NCBI RefSeq assembly: GCF_006345805.1 | Contig: NC_043008.1 | Location: 36,208,001 to 36,272,000, forward strand | Length of the DNA stretch: 64,000 bases | From: Octopus sinensis | Lineage: Eukaryota | Reading direction: 5' to 3' | In this document: positions 53,345 through 62,248 of the stretch, in pieces | Layout of the letters: each line of letters opens with the position of its first letter | Numbering within the stretch: position 1 is the first letter of the stretch | Notes under the pieces: generated by a model | What the model saw: only the letters and a program-made list of their open reading frames with translations | Told to the model about the DNA's origin: nothing | Databases searched by the model: none | Translations under genes and position numbers: made by a program

Positions 53345-55729
53345 CCATTTAAAGCAATCAGTCTGTTGGAAGAATCATTGTGTGTCAGACAAAATGTGTT
53401 GTAATATTTCTTCTAGCCCTATACTTGCTGAGTTCAAATTCTGCTGAGGTCAACTTTGCTTTCTGATCATTCTGGGGCAGATGAAGTAAAGTACCTGTCA
53501 AGTAGTTGGGTAGATTTAACTGACTAACCTCTCCCCAAATTTTTAGCCATTGGCCTATATTAGAAATCATTATCAAGTATCTATCTTCACAGTTTAAATC
53601 CCACCCAGTCAAATACTTGGTTGGAGGGCTGTAGTCAAACCAGTTACGTCCAGCCCACTAAATTTAAGGTTTTGGGCATTTATTAGGAACAATTATTAAT
53701 GAAACTCATTGTGTCTCCCAGTGAACAGTTTGTAAAAGGGAGATAATTATTTCTTCATAATATTTGGTAGGATTAGATGTTTGAGTAAGGAAAAAGATGC
53801 ATAGAATCATTGTCATTTAATGTCTATGTTCCATGCTGGCTAGGATTGGACAGTTTGACAGGATGTGTCTAAAGGCTGCATCAAGCTCCAATTCAATTCA
53901 ATTTTTATTGGCTCAAAAAGCAAAAGCAAGGCCATGTAGGAGGACAGGGAGTTATGTACAGGGAGGGTGGTCATACAAAGAGTTCAGGCCATTTCTGGTC
54001 AAGAGAGACTTTGAACCGAGCGGTTGTCGGCATCTTCACTATCTCGTCCGGCAGCTTATTCCACGGATCCGCAACCCGGACGGAGAAAGCCCCTTTCCTT
54101 CAATTGAGATGAAATCGTTGTAGATAGAGCTTTTCGGAGTGACCCCGCAGCCCACGTTCTGGAGCAGGAGGGAAAAACAGCTCTTTCGAGAGGTTACATT
54201 TTCCGCTTATGATGTTGTGAGCGAGAATGAGATCACCACAGCGCCGTCGTTTTTCGAGAGAATAAAGGTCGAGCGTCTTCAGCCTTTCTTCATAAGACAA
54301 ATGCTTGAGACTGCAATGTCTGCTTAGGTGTGGTTTTTAAGTCTGAATGCTCTTCCTTATGTGCATATTTAATTTTTTCATTTGTTTGTTTTCTCTAATT
54401 ACTATATATGCATTGCACTATCATAAGGTCTATCTGTTGCTAACACCGTGTTGTGGGCTTCTTTGGCTGTAGCTGATGAAACACTGAAGTGTGGCAGCTG
54501 TTTTATCTGCAGATATTACTGGATGGTTGCAAACAAGTGTTGTCATCATTTAACAGGTATCTGAAAGCCAACATTGAGAGCTTTGTAACCAGAACATTGT
54601 CTGGCACTCATTGTTTGCTACAAATTAACCAATGTTCTTCATGATAATTCAACTCTTGCTCCTTATACAAGAACAGTGATGTTTTCAGGAAGGACTTCAG
54701 GTGTCAAACAAAAATAAACTGGACAGATTGTTCCAGAGGATTTCACTTTGGGGGCTATGTACAACTTCAAAAAATCCCTGGTCTGGCAGTGCTGTAGGTA
54801 GACGCATTGCTGGTTTGGGATCAACTCTTCAAGCACAGCAATGCTGTCAGTTGGGCTTGTTTGAGACACATGTAGAACAATGAAACCATTCTGCACACAC
54901 TCTTAGTATCAGAGCATTGCTGATTTGGGAAGCTATGTCAAGCATATGCTGTCTTGTGTATGACAAATCTGGCTATCAATTGAATCCACCATGAGGATTG
55001 TACTGTTGTCTTCTTTTGGCTAGGAAGGGCAAGCAGTTCTCCTCTGTCTTATGGCTACTGTGAAAGAGGTTGCTCACAAGGTTGACTGGACTGGACTAGG
55101 GATAAGCACTTTCCTCTTTGGTCAGGCCTTCATCAACTTCAAATTTCATTTGGGGAGAAATATAAAGATGTAGTGCGCAGTTTTACCCATCAGTATATTT
55201 ACTGAAAGGTGGGTGAGAATGATGAATGAAAATGACCCAAGTAAATGGACCTACTCTTAACATGTAGCTGTAGGCCATGGAACACAACTGGTAGAGCACA
55301 CTTGCCCTTGGCATTAAGGTTAATCTGAGATTTCATGGGTTCCTTGATTGACTCCATATGGTTTTACTCCTGTTGAGATATTTCATCTAATTTCATTTCA
55401 TGTTTGATTTTTGCACCCGTTTTTTTTATGATTTGTCTCCCTAATGTTACTTACCTGTAATCCCCCGTGGTAATTAAGTGATTGTTGTTGTTGCTGTTGT
55501 TTCTAACATAGGCACAGAGCCTGAGACTTGGAGGAGGGTGAGTTAGTTGATAACATCAACCCCAATCTTTTGCTGGTACTTTATTTTTTTTTATCCAAGA
55601 AAGAAGAAAGGCAAAGTTGACCTCATCAGGATTTGAACTAAGATTGCAAAGAACCAAACATAGCATGACACATGGTCCAATACTCTAATGATTATGCCTG
55701 TCCACCTCCATAACAACAACAACAACAAC

Positions 55730-55771
<42 letters not shown>

Positions 55772-58716
55772 CATCATCATCATCATCATAATAGCCATTA
55801 TTATTATTGTTATTGTTATTTTTACATGGGTAATTGTGCATGGTTTTTCAGCCTCTACCCTCAACAGCTAAGGTGTAGAAATAATATAGGTAAGTGGTTA
55901 TAGTATTGGGGTTTCAATTCACAGGTTTTGGGTTTCAGTTTCCTGTAGGCATTTCATTATGCATTCACTGTACATTTAGTTCACCTTATTGTATGTCACC
56001 CCTGTTCACTGATGTCTCAAGAATGGTTAGAAGTAGATAAACTGAGGAATGCTTCTTGTAATAAAATGAGTTTTTGCTACTCAGGAAGAGATTTATCACT
56101 GACCCATTCAGAACAAGAGAAATAAAAATTTAGCACTGCATGTTTATAAAAATATGATTAACTGCTCTGTCACTTGTCTATCCATGACTGTCTCTCTATG
56201 GGTAAATAAATATCTCGTTCACTTAAAAGAAAATCACCTCTCTGCAAATTTGCGAATTTTGTATCTACCTTTGAAAGCTTACTCCATTTACCTTGGTTGT
56301 TTATAATTTCATCTGTAGATTTTATTTGGTTTATCCCTCATGAGTTGCCATCCTGTTGGAGATCCATTTAATTTTGGAGTTCACTTTCTCTCTCCTAGTC
56401 ACGTCCACTCACAATGTAAAACTCTATTCCAGAGGTTTTCAGCCTGGGGGATATGTACAACTTCCAGAAATTCCTGGCCTGGCAGTGCTACTCAAGAACA
56501 TTGCTGGTTTGATATAAACTCTACAGGTATGGAAGTGCTGTCAGCTGCTCTTATCTGAGATGTATGCGGAACAATGATACCATTCTGGCACACACTTTTG
56601 GCATTCAAGCATTGCTGATGTGGGAAGTTGTGTCAAAGAGCTGTTGTTATGTCTGAGAAAAAAAAAAGTAAACAAAACCTGGCCATCCCAACTGATAGCC
56701 ATTCCTTCCCTCAACAATGAATTCCAATTAATGTCTCTTCTCTGTTTCTCCTAAAAGGAGCAGAAACTGCTGGAAGCAGTTTCTACTCCTCCAATCTACT
56801 AAAGCGTTTGCCATAGTTTGAAATAATTTAGACATTCTAGTCTCTGGCCTGTTTTCTCAGTCTTGACAATGACAAAGAATAAAAAAAAAATGTAAGCACA
56901 TAGTATTTTGTTCACATATTTTAGACTGCAAAACTTCACTAACCAATATCTTACAATCACCAACCAGATTCTCATTCTGTATCAGCACCCTACGATTTCT
57001 TGCTCATCCATACCTTGGAAACTTGTCACTAACATCCAACAATCCTCAAAATTCCCCAAAACTCTGGACACTTTTTCTGTCACTTCTACGGCTATTACAA
57101 CGGTCTTTCTCCTTATTTACTAGAAATCTTTGTACCATTTTGTGCTTAGTCCCACTAAAATCTAACTTAGGTTTTTTTATTCTGTTACTTGTTCCTGTTA
57201 CTTGTTACTTGTTTGAAAGTTTGTTACTCATCTTTCCATTTCATTCTTATAACTCCAGCTCCATCTACCTTTATTTACTGGAAGAATTACAGAAGATGGT
57301 AACCTCTACAGATATGGTAACCATAACGGAAGATTTACTTTACAATTATTTGGATGTCCTGAAAATGACGGCTAATGATGAAAGAATTTCGCCTTTGGTA
57401 AGAAAGGGATTTTTTTTTGTTTAAACGAATCATTTTTAGACAGATGAGTCTTTTAGATTTGTTTTTTGGTTTCAGTCATCAGAGTTGAAATATCGGTCAT
57501 CATTATCAGTGTTGTCATCATCATCATTACGATCATCATCATCATTAGCAGCAGCAGCAGCACCACCACCACCACCACCACCACCACCACCACCACCACC
57601 ACCATTATCAGCATCACTCCTTCCATATATTTCCACCACTACCACCACCACCATTATCATCACTACTATCATGTTAATGGCTATCATTAGCATCACCATC
57701 CTCATCATCATCATCATTGTTCCTACCACTGGCACCACCTCCACCACCACTTACTCCAGTTATTACCTCTATCACCATCACCACCACCACCACTATCACC
57801 ACCACTATATATGTTATCAATAACAATAAATCTGTTTAGTTATCAGTTACAATATGCTGTACAATATAAGGCAGCGAACTGGCAGAAACGTTAGCACGCC
57901 GGGCAAAATGCTTAGTGGTATTTCGTCTGCCATTACATTCTGAGCTCAAATTCTGTAAGGCCGACTTTGCCTTTCATCCTTTCAGGGTCGATAAGTTAAG
58001 TAACAGTTGCGTACTTGGGTCGATCTAATCGACTGGTAAAAACTTCTTTGGAGGATTGGGATGCATGTGTTTAAGTGTAGTGTTTTGTTTGAAAACAAAA
58101 CACTACACTTAAAAACATGCATCCCAATCCTCCAAAGAAGTTTTTCCATGGACTAATATTGAACTATAAAACCATAAAGTCACTATAATGTATTGGTATA
58201 ATTATTTATTAATTTTTATATATATTTATTATTTTTTTGAAAAAAAACATTGTAAATTTCTTTTTTCTCCTTCCTCAATTTATAAAAAAATTTTTTCCCC
58301 TTCCAAATCTTGAAAATTTGCCTTGCAATGAAAGCCTGTTTGATTTCTTTTTTAATTTTTCTTACAATCATTTTTATTAAAATTTACTTTCAATTTAGCA
58401 TTCTGCCTTATTATTTTTTACCTCTCCTATCATTTCTCCATGTGCGGTTAACACAACCCCACCATTTACTGACTTATATATGTATATGTAATGTATATGT
58501 GTATATGTATATATGACATCTTTTCTTGTCTTTCCATTTCTCCTCTCTCTCTCTCTGTCACTCCTTTGTATTCCCTCTTTTACGGTACATCGCCAATCTC
58601 CACGGTTGCTGGCAACTGCTTCCCAACCGCTAATATAGATGTTGCAGGCCTTCGTGTCCCTTTTGCAAACATGTATATATGTATAAATATATATATATAT
58701 ATATTATATATATATA

Positions 58717-58781
<65 letters not shown>

Positions 58782-60457
58782 CTGATTTGTTCATTTCTCC
58801 TCTCGTTATATGATCGACCTTCGATCGCCATCTTGAAACCTGTTTCCTTTAATACACTTCCGCCTTCTCCAAAAATCCCTCTTCCGGACAACTTTTACTT
58901 AGAAGGCAACCCACAACATGTGCTCTCTCTCTCTCATTCATCTACCTCATCTACCAGCTATATAATCCCGTGCACAGATAAGTTTGAATGCCTATTTTCA
59001 CTCCTAGACTGATCATACATGTTTCTCTATCTATCTAACTATTTTATCTGATTTCTATCTATTTTGTCTGATTTGTTCATTTCTCCTCTCGTTATATGAT
59101 CGACCTTCGTGTATCGCGGTGCACCCGCCCTGCCCACCCCCACCCCCACCACCAATACCGGATATCTCTATTTTTGCTCCATCTATACCGGATGTCGCTT
59201 CTCCCACCACCATTATAGGTGTCTACTCTTCGAACCCCCCTCTTCAATACGCTATTTTACCATGCATTACCCCTCTCTTGATATCCTACGTTCTACTTGC
59301 CTACAACCTGTCATCATTTCTCTGAACCACCCCTACCCACTGGTGCTCCCCATTATTCCTGCCCCCCCCCACATAAAATGCACCATCCGAACGTGGCCGA
59401 TGCCAGACCCCTCTGGCACCTGTGCAGGTGGCACGTAAAAAGCACCCACTACACTCGCGGAGTGGTTGGCATTAGGAAGGGCATCCAGCTGTAGAAACAC
59501 TGCCAGACCAGACTGGAGCCTGGGGCAGTCCCTAGCTCCCCAGACCCCGGTCGAAACCGTCCAACCCGTGCTAGCGCGGAAAACGGACGTTAAACGATGA
59601 TGATGATGATGATGATGATATATATATATATAAATATGTGACCGCGTGTGTACCGTTGGCGATTTTTTTTCCTCTGTCTTTCCTTCTCTGGATCTTTCCT
59701 TCTCCTATGTTTCCAACGAAGAGCTCCGCTCGAAACGTTAAACCCTCCTTCTTTCCTTCTTTCCTGAGCGTCCAATAATACTATATTTGTTCCACGTCCT
59801 CGCGTTGTTGTGTTTTTTGTGCTTTCTTGTTTGGATTAACTATATATATATATATATATATATGTACATACACACACACACACATACATGACAGGTTTTC
59901 ACATAGTTTCTGTCTACCAAATTCATTCACAGGACATTGGTAGCAGAAGACACTTGCTCAATGTGCTGAGCTGTGGGACTGAAGCCCAAAACCACTTAAC
60001 CACATATAGCTGTAGCAATTTGAATTCATTAAAAACGTCTAACAATGCTTCCTCTACAATATGTAATATGATATTAATCAATAAAAAATATGTAACATTA
60101 TGATTTGATATTTGTATTGCAGGCAACCGTTCGTTTCCTGCACATCAGTGTGCTGCATTCGTTAGCGAATGACAAACTGTCGTGGTCGTTAGCAACGGCA
60201 GTTCTAGAAGTGTGCAGAAACATCCTCTTGCATCACAACACACAGACTATATTCACAGGTAAGGGTTTTGTCTTTTTGTTTTATCTTTTTTACCTTTCAC
60301 TTGTTGCAGTCGTTGCACTGTGACCATACTGGAGCACTGCCATGAATGGTTTAGTCAGATGCTTGGTGCCTTTTGTGTCGGTCCCTTTTGTTGAACTGCC
60401 GAGGTTATGGGGACACAAACAAACTAACACTGGTTGTCAAGTGGTGGTGTAGGGACA

Positions 60458-60498
<41 letters not shown>

Positions 60499-61938
60499 TA
60501 GCATCTTCACGTATTGGTAAAAAACACAGAAAAGAAGAACCATCACACTATTGTTTATTTAAACCTTGTATTAAAGATACCATCTGGACAAATCTGTAAT
60601 TGAATGCATTCCTCCTCCTCATCATCATTGTTTAACATCTGCTTTCCATGCTGGCATGGATTAGATGGTTTGATTGAGGACTGGTAAGCCAGGAAGTTGC
60701 ACCAGACCCCAATCTAATCCAGCAAGGTTTCTACAGCTGGATGCCCTTCCTAACGCCAACCACTCTGAGAGTGTAGTGGGTGCTTTTTACATGCCACCAG
60801 CATGAAGACTTGTCAGTCAGTGCTGGCATCAAGCACGCTCGAATACCACCATTATTACAAGATGTTTTGTTTTCTAGGGAGACTCTTTTATCAGGTTTAC
60901 ACTTAATGATTTTGGGATGTTGGACCATAGAAGCCTGAAGAATATATATATATATATATATATATATAGAAGCCTGAAGAATATATCTTACACTTCATTA
61001 TTTACTCAGATTAACTGAGTCAAAGGATGTGGTGGTGGTGGTGGGGCACTAAGTGGTGGATTGATCTGCTAGAAATAACAAATATATTTCTTTATCACCT
61101 TCAATATATCTGGATAGAATGGATGCTGGCTTAGCTGTGTGGTCAAGAAGTTTGTTTCATTACTCTGTGGTTTTAGGTTCAGTCCCACTGCATAGGGAGC
61201 TGGGCATATGTTTTCTACTTTAAGCTTTAAGTTGACCATAACATTACATATGAAATTTGGTAGATGGAAACTGTGTGGAAGGAAGCTCATTGGAGGGACA
61301 TCTGTTATAGGTTGGCAGGGTTAATCTGCTTTTAGCAGAGACTCCAATCTCATTGCAAGCAATCAGACCCAGCCACAAATCTTGGAGGCTTTGAAAAGAA
61401 TCATGGATGCTACCATTCCTTCTCTTATCAGGCCATTTATATATATGCCCCAGCATGGCCACAGCCTTAGGGCTGAAACATGTAAAAGAATAAAAGAAAA
61501 ATATACACTCTCTCTTTACTCTCTTTTACTTGTTTCAGTCATTTGACTGTGGCCATGCTGGAGCACCGCCTTTAGTCGAGCAAATCGACCCCCCAGGACT
61601 TATTCTTTGGAAGCCTAGTACTTATTCTATCGGTCTCTTTTGCCGAACTGCTAAGTGACGGAGACGTAAACACACCGGCATCGGTTGTCAAGCAATGCTA
61701 GTAGGACTGATTTTTACATAAATTCAATAAATAAAGCTTTTGAACCTAATTCTTGTGTTTACAAATCATGTCTTATTTTTAATCTTTATTTTTAATGTAA
61801 TGTTTTTTTTCTATTTTTCTTTCTTTTACAGAAATTGACAGTTTTTTACATCTTCTAATGACCAGTTCCAAAGATGTTGACATCATAGACAGAGCTACTT
61901 TCTACTATTCCTTATTGAATGGTGCTGCTGATACCAAG
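16025..61938 (+). CDS. AP5B1: AP-5 complex subunit beta-1, multi-exon gene, 3' end beyond the window (about 596 codons assembled)
   Basis: Exons chain with GT-AG sites. Phases are consistent throughout once a 3n+1 exon (tentatively 34339-34393) is placed after exon 5. Peptides match human AP5B1 as recalled: YFALDIIRILYEDNVDEKEKIQLLTLLQEY ~ DLGRDLLSDLRSEKLSEQTKVSLLALSMEY; QLRGIACCCLEEMECFCPGLL ~ PLQATACECLRELESCKPGLL; EEVLLHKRFVMASLHPA ~ DEALLLRRLTLAAQHPA; DVDIIDRATFYYSLL ~ DPDGRDHARLYYILL. Confidence 0.92.
17881..18180 (-). mobile_element. tRNA-derived SINE, same family as 2094-2395
   Basis: Reverse complement matches 2094-2395 along nearly its full length; flanked by (TA)/(CA) repeats. Confidence 0.85.
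22070..22463 (+). mobile_element. Non-autonomous Helitron
   Basis: 5' (TA)n-tataaagctgaagttgtctgtg; 3' cctgagcaatgctggg subterminal hairpin followed by CTAG|T. The same 3' terminus occurs alone at 9863-9891. Confidence 0.7.
24601..26130. repeat. Tandem duplication of a ~765-bp unit (about 24601-25366 and 25367-26130)
   Basis: The copies look identical apart from microsatellite length (one AAT unit); both junctions lie in (AT)n tracts. Confidence 0.95.
26629..26720 (+). CDS. AP5B1: AP5B1 exon 2 (ILYEDNVDEKEKIQLLTLLQEYGGLGLELS+AG)
   Basis: Acceptor tttttgtttctgtcttag, donor CAG|gtaaaa, 92 nt, phase 0 to 2. Confidence 0.9.
27870..27996 (+). CDS. AP5B1: AP5B1 exon 3 (VDQIITSLVDICSQYLNQVPKSSFLSQLIITATSLTLQFNLV)
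   Basis: (CT)n tract then tttcag acceptor, donor GTG|gtaagt, 127 nt, phase 2 to 0. Confidence 0.92.
30976..31254 (+). pseudogene. HDAC4: Class IIa histone deacetylase (HDAC4/5/7/9-type) N-terminal regulatory-region fragment inserted in a SINE
   Basis: Stop-free frame QSKEDNGSYPFQIYKSSIVQQGADISLYTSPSMPNISLGRPPTS...LPLTSHILPNTLPYYPS. The core matches the class IIa HDAC motif LYTSPSLPNITLG as recalled. No other HDAC exons were seen in the window. Confidence 0.75.
31694..31828 (+). CDS. AP5B1: AP5B1 exon 4 (KNDLHICDMLIDLLLPLVKKVDDTSNLQLRGIACCCLEEMECFCP)
   Basis: Acceptor tttccatttccag, donor CCT|gtaagt, 135 nt. Contains the conserved AC.CL.E.E..P motif. Confidence 0.95.
32508..32900 (-). mobile_element. 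Non-autonomous Helitron (second family)
   Basis: The reverse strand begins tctattatataaaatccattctgtctgtctg and ends ...gcattttgCTCG|T (degenerate CTAG). Confidence 0.6.
33307..33422 (+). CDS. AP5B1: AP5B1 exon 5 (GLLKKYLTPILKTAQLESTYMYQDIVCLLSRIIHHITT+AA)
   Basis: Acceptor ttgtttcccag, donor AA|gtaact, 116 nt. Continues the CP-GLL motif. Confidence 0.88.
34339..34393 (+). CDS. AP5B1: Tentative small AP5B1 exon 6 (A+QNVFESKETKHSRHSTDE)
   Basis: Acceptor ttgctttgtttcag and a weak donor GAG|gttgat. Its 55-nt (3n+1) length exactly reconciles phase 2 after exon 5 with phase 0 before 38769. It falls in a poorly conserved linker. Confidence 0.5.
35183..35430 (+). mobile_element. 5'-truncated R4/Dong-like RLE LINE 3' end inside an (AAT)n tract
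   Basis: KIVLM*TAHILRKILSM* resembles the terminal LLGTARILRKVL of R4/Dong ORFs. A 3'UTR follows, and (AAT)n flanks both sides. Confidence 0.75.
37325..37544. mobile_element. piggyBac-like MITE
   Basis: TIRs CCCTTT(T/C)GTTAC with flanking TCAA / TTAA. A second, more degenerate ...AGAAGGG|TTAA element ends near 37868. Confidence 0.7.
38769..38927 (+). CDS. AP5B1: AP5B1 exon (PPSPDEQSLLNMEVKQFVSLVMDNYIPFTPACLWTLIDTIVTIVKSDWETPPS)
   Basis: Acceptor tttcaatgcag, donor TCT|gtaagt, 159 nt. Similar to human SPEEARELRAAVIQLLDTSYLLTP...PPA. Confidence 0.9.
39600..40830 (+). mobile_element. Two tandem RTE-clade LINE 3' fragments (RT C-terminus; about 39600-40330 and 40330-40830)
   Basis: RIGWAKFRKLLPLL, ERNEA(S/N)(M/I)(I/L).W, RERRLHWY.H and ETCGRGKPRK motifs in broken frames. 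Confidence 0.85.
41672..41746 (+). CDS. AP5B1: AP5B1 exon (IFKSLALQYMSTFDASLFLMVVYLK)
   Basis: Acceptor tatttttccag, donor AAG|gtttgt, 75 nt. Similar to human LFKPQLVRLLGTAQLTLLHAMLALK. Confidence 0.88.
42740..43090. repeat. Degenerate GGAATGAT-rich minisatellite
   Basis: Repeated ggaatgat / aggaatcaccagatcat units. Confidence 0.7.
44400..45545. repeat. 20-bp minisatellite CATGGGTGTATGGGTGCA(A/G)G, about 55 units
   Basis: Directly visible 20-nt periodicity. The unit has no stop in any frame, which explains the many overlapping ORFs. Confidence 0.95.
45923..46069 (+). CDS. AP5B1: AP5B1 exon (MEFPRQILLNSEEVLLHKRFVMASLHPAHSVLHRHLMLSCLADYIEYNE)
   Basis: Acceptor ttctctttccag, donor GAG|gtatgt, 147 nt. 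Confidence 0.93.
46290..47420 (+). mobile_element. RTE-clade LINE remnant (RT)
   Basis: LYVDDLALIA, FCYVGGQISTGGESMESVIARIRIG and GRGRPRKTWNKV, with frameshifts. Confidence 0.85.
48751..48904 (+). CDS. AP5B1: AP5B1 exon (REQCKYSVMNSVPVIASKQIADLNPTAFDDISIQLKKVLILNKCLPPALDS+G)
   Basis: T-rich tract then attacag acceptor, donor G|gtaaga, 154 nt, phase 0 to 1. Confidence 0.9.
49205..50012 (-). mobile_element. Duplicated R4/Dong-like restriction-like endonuclease fragment
   Basis: HWKLCQLYGITIEKRWYRH (via a frameshift), ENEKVTILWDMPIHTDREIKANRPDIVV and EKHSKYKDLEIEI give the PD-(D/E)xK-type RPD...K..KY signature. Confidence 0.88.
49264..50112. repeat. Tandem duplication of a ~425-bp unit (49264-49685 and 49686-50112) including an AP5B1 acceptor and the first 71 nt of exon
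   Basis: By-eye alignment gives about 23 substitutions and 3 indels in the LINE/intron part and none in the last ~80 nt. Confidence 0.95.
50042..50189 (+). CDS. AP5B1: AP5B1 exon (NSFLLNNLQSMKKLAQSTDDPHAAVSLYCALFHFYCRHHTSKLGTNIQ)
   Basis: Acceptor ttacttccag, donor AA|gtaagc, 148 nt, phase 1 to 2, linking both neighbours in frame. Confidence 0.9.
50870..51250 (-). mobile_element. Penelope-like element 3' remnant with degenerate hammerhead-like motif
   Basis: LLQSLKAIKSR-type GIY-YIG tail followed by ttttCTGATGA...GAAAgtctcaaaatc. Confidence 0.45.
52318..52407 (+). CDS. AP5B1: AP5B1 exon (LMLELVCSNSKFIPYTLDFLMQVEKDVPD)
   Basis: Acceptor tttctttcaatag, donor AG|gtgagt, 90 nt. Similar to human LAQLYQARPMLAPHFVDLLDQV. 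Confidence 0.9.
53887..54330 (-). mobile_element. CR1-clade LINE 3' end
   Basis: LSYEERLKTLDLYSLEKRRRCGDLILAHNI...GLRGHSEKL...AFSVRVADPWNKLP, then AATAAA and an (ATTGA)n tail. Confidence 0.9.
54330..56700 (-). mobile_element. Old LINE-like remnants (two related segments, about 54660-54960 and 56400-56650)
   Basis: The two segments resemble each other and give CR1/L2-like broken peptides; the clade is uncertain. Confidence 0.4.
57259..57397 (+). CDS. AP5B1: AP5B1 exon (SIYLYLLEELQKMVTSTDMVTITEDLLYNYLDVLKMTANDERISPL)
   Basis: Acceptor ttcttataactccag, donor TTG|gtaaga, 139 nt, phase 2 to 0. Confidence 0.9.
58038..58145. repeat. 108-bp fold-back palindrome (53-bp arms, 2-nt loop, 1 mismatch)
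   Basis: aaaaacttctttggaggattgggatgcatg...gttttgttt-ga-aaacaaaac...catgcatcccaatcctccaaagaagttttt. Confidence 0.95.
59635..59845 (+). mobile_element. Penelope-like terminal repeat with mutated hammerhead core
   Basis: gttt-CCAACGA-a-gagc-tcc-gctc-GAAAC-GTT-aaac at 59709-59743. It ends in (TA)n; upstream 58160-59395 looks like associated degenerate element sequence. Confidence 0.55.
60123..60258 (+). CDS. AP5B1: AP5B1 exon (ATVRFLHISVLHSLANDKLSWSLATAVLEVCRNILLHHNTQTIFT+G)
   Basis: Acceptor tttgtattgcag, donor G|gtaagg, 136 nt. Similar to human ATLNFL...WDLQQGLLRVCRALL. Confidence 0.93.
61832..61938 (+). CDS. AP5B1: AP5B1 exon (EIDSFLHLLMTSSKDVDIIDRATFYYSLLNGAADTK), last one visible
   Basis: Acceptor ttttcttttacag, donor AAG|gtgaga, 107 nt. 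Contains the D..DRA.FYY.LL motif typical of beta-type adaptin trunks. Confidence 0.93.
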
Positions 61939-62063
61939 GTGAGAGTGGTGGTGGCGGTGGGGTGGAATTAGAGCTCCTTTTGTTGTTTTTTGAGGCTCAA
62001 ATTTTGAAGCTAATCCAGCTTTAAATGACATGAAACATTTTTCACTTAGGGTATGTTTTGCTT

Positions 62064-62248
62064 TTCATTGAGCTTGGAAATCCTGGTGGCATCTAATTCC
62101 ATATCCCTAATCTATGGGTGTCTACACTCTCTCCTTGTAGATTATATGGCCATTCAACAGGATTAGTAGGGGCCTATGTGTATATATGTGTGTTTTCATA
62201 TCTTAGGATTTAGAAATGGATGCCACCAGGATTACCAAATCCAATGAA
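62064..62248. mobile_element. MITE-like imperfect inverted repeat (~46-bp arms)
   Basis: ttcattgagcttggaaatcctggtggcatc versus the reverse complement of gatgccaccaggattaccaaatccaatgaa. Confidence 0.55.
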
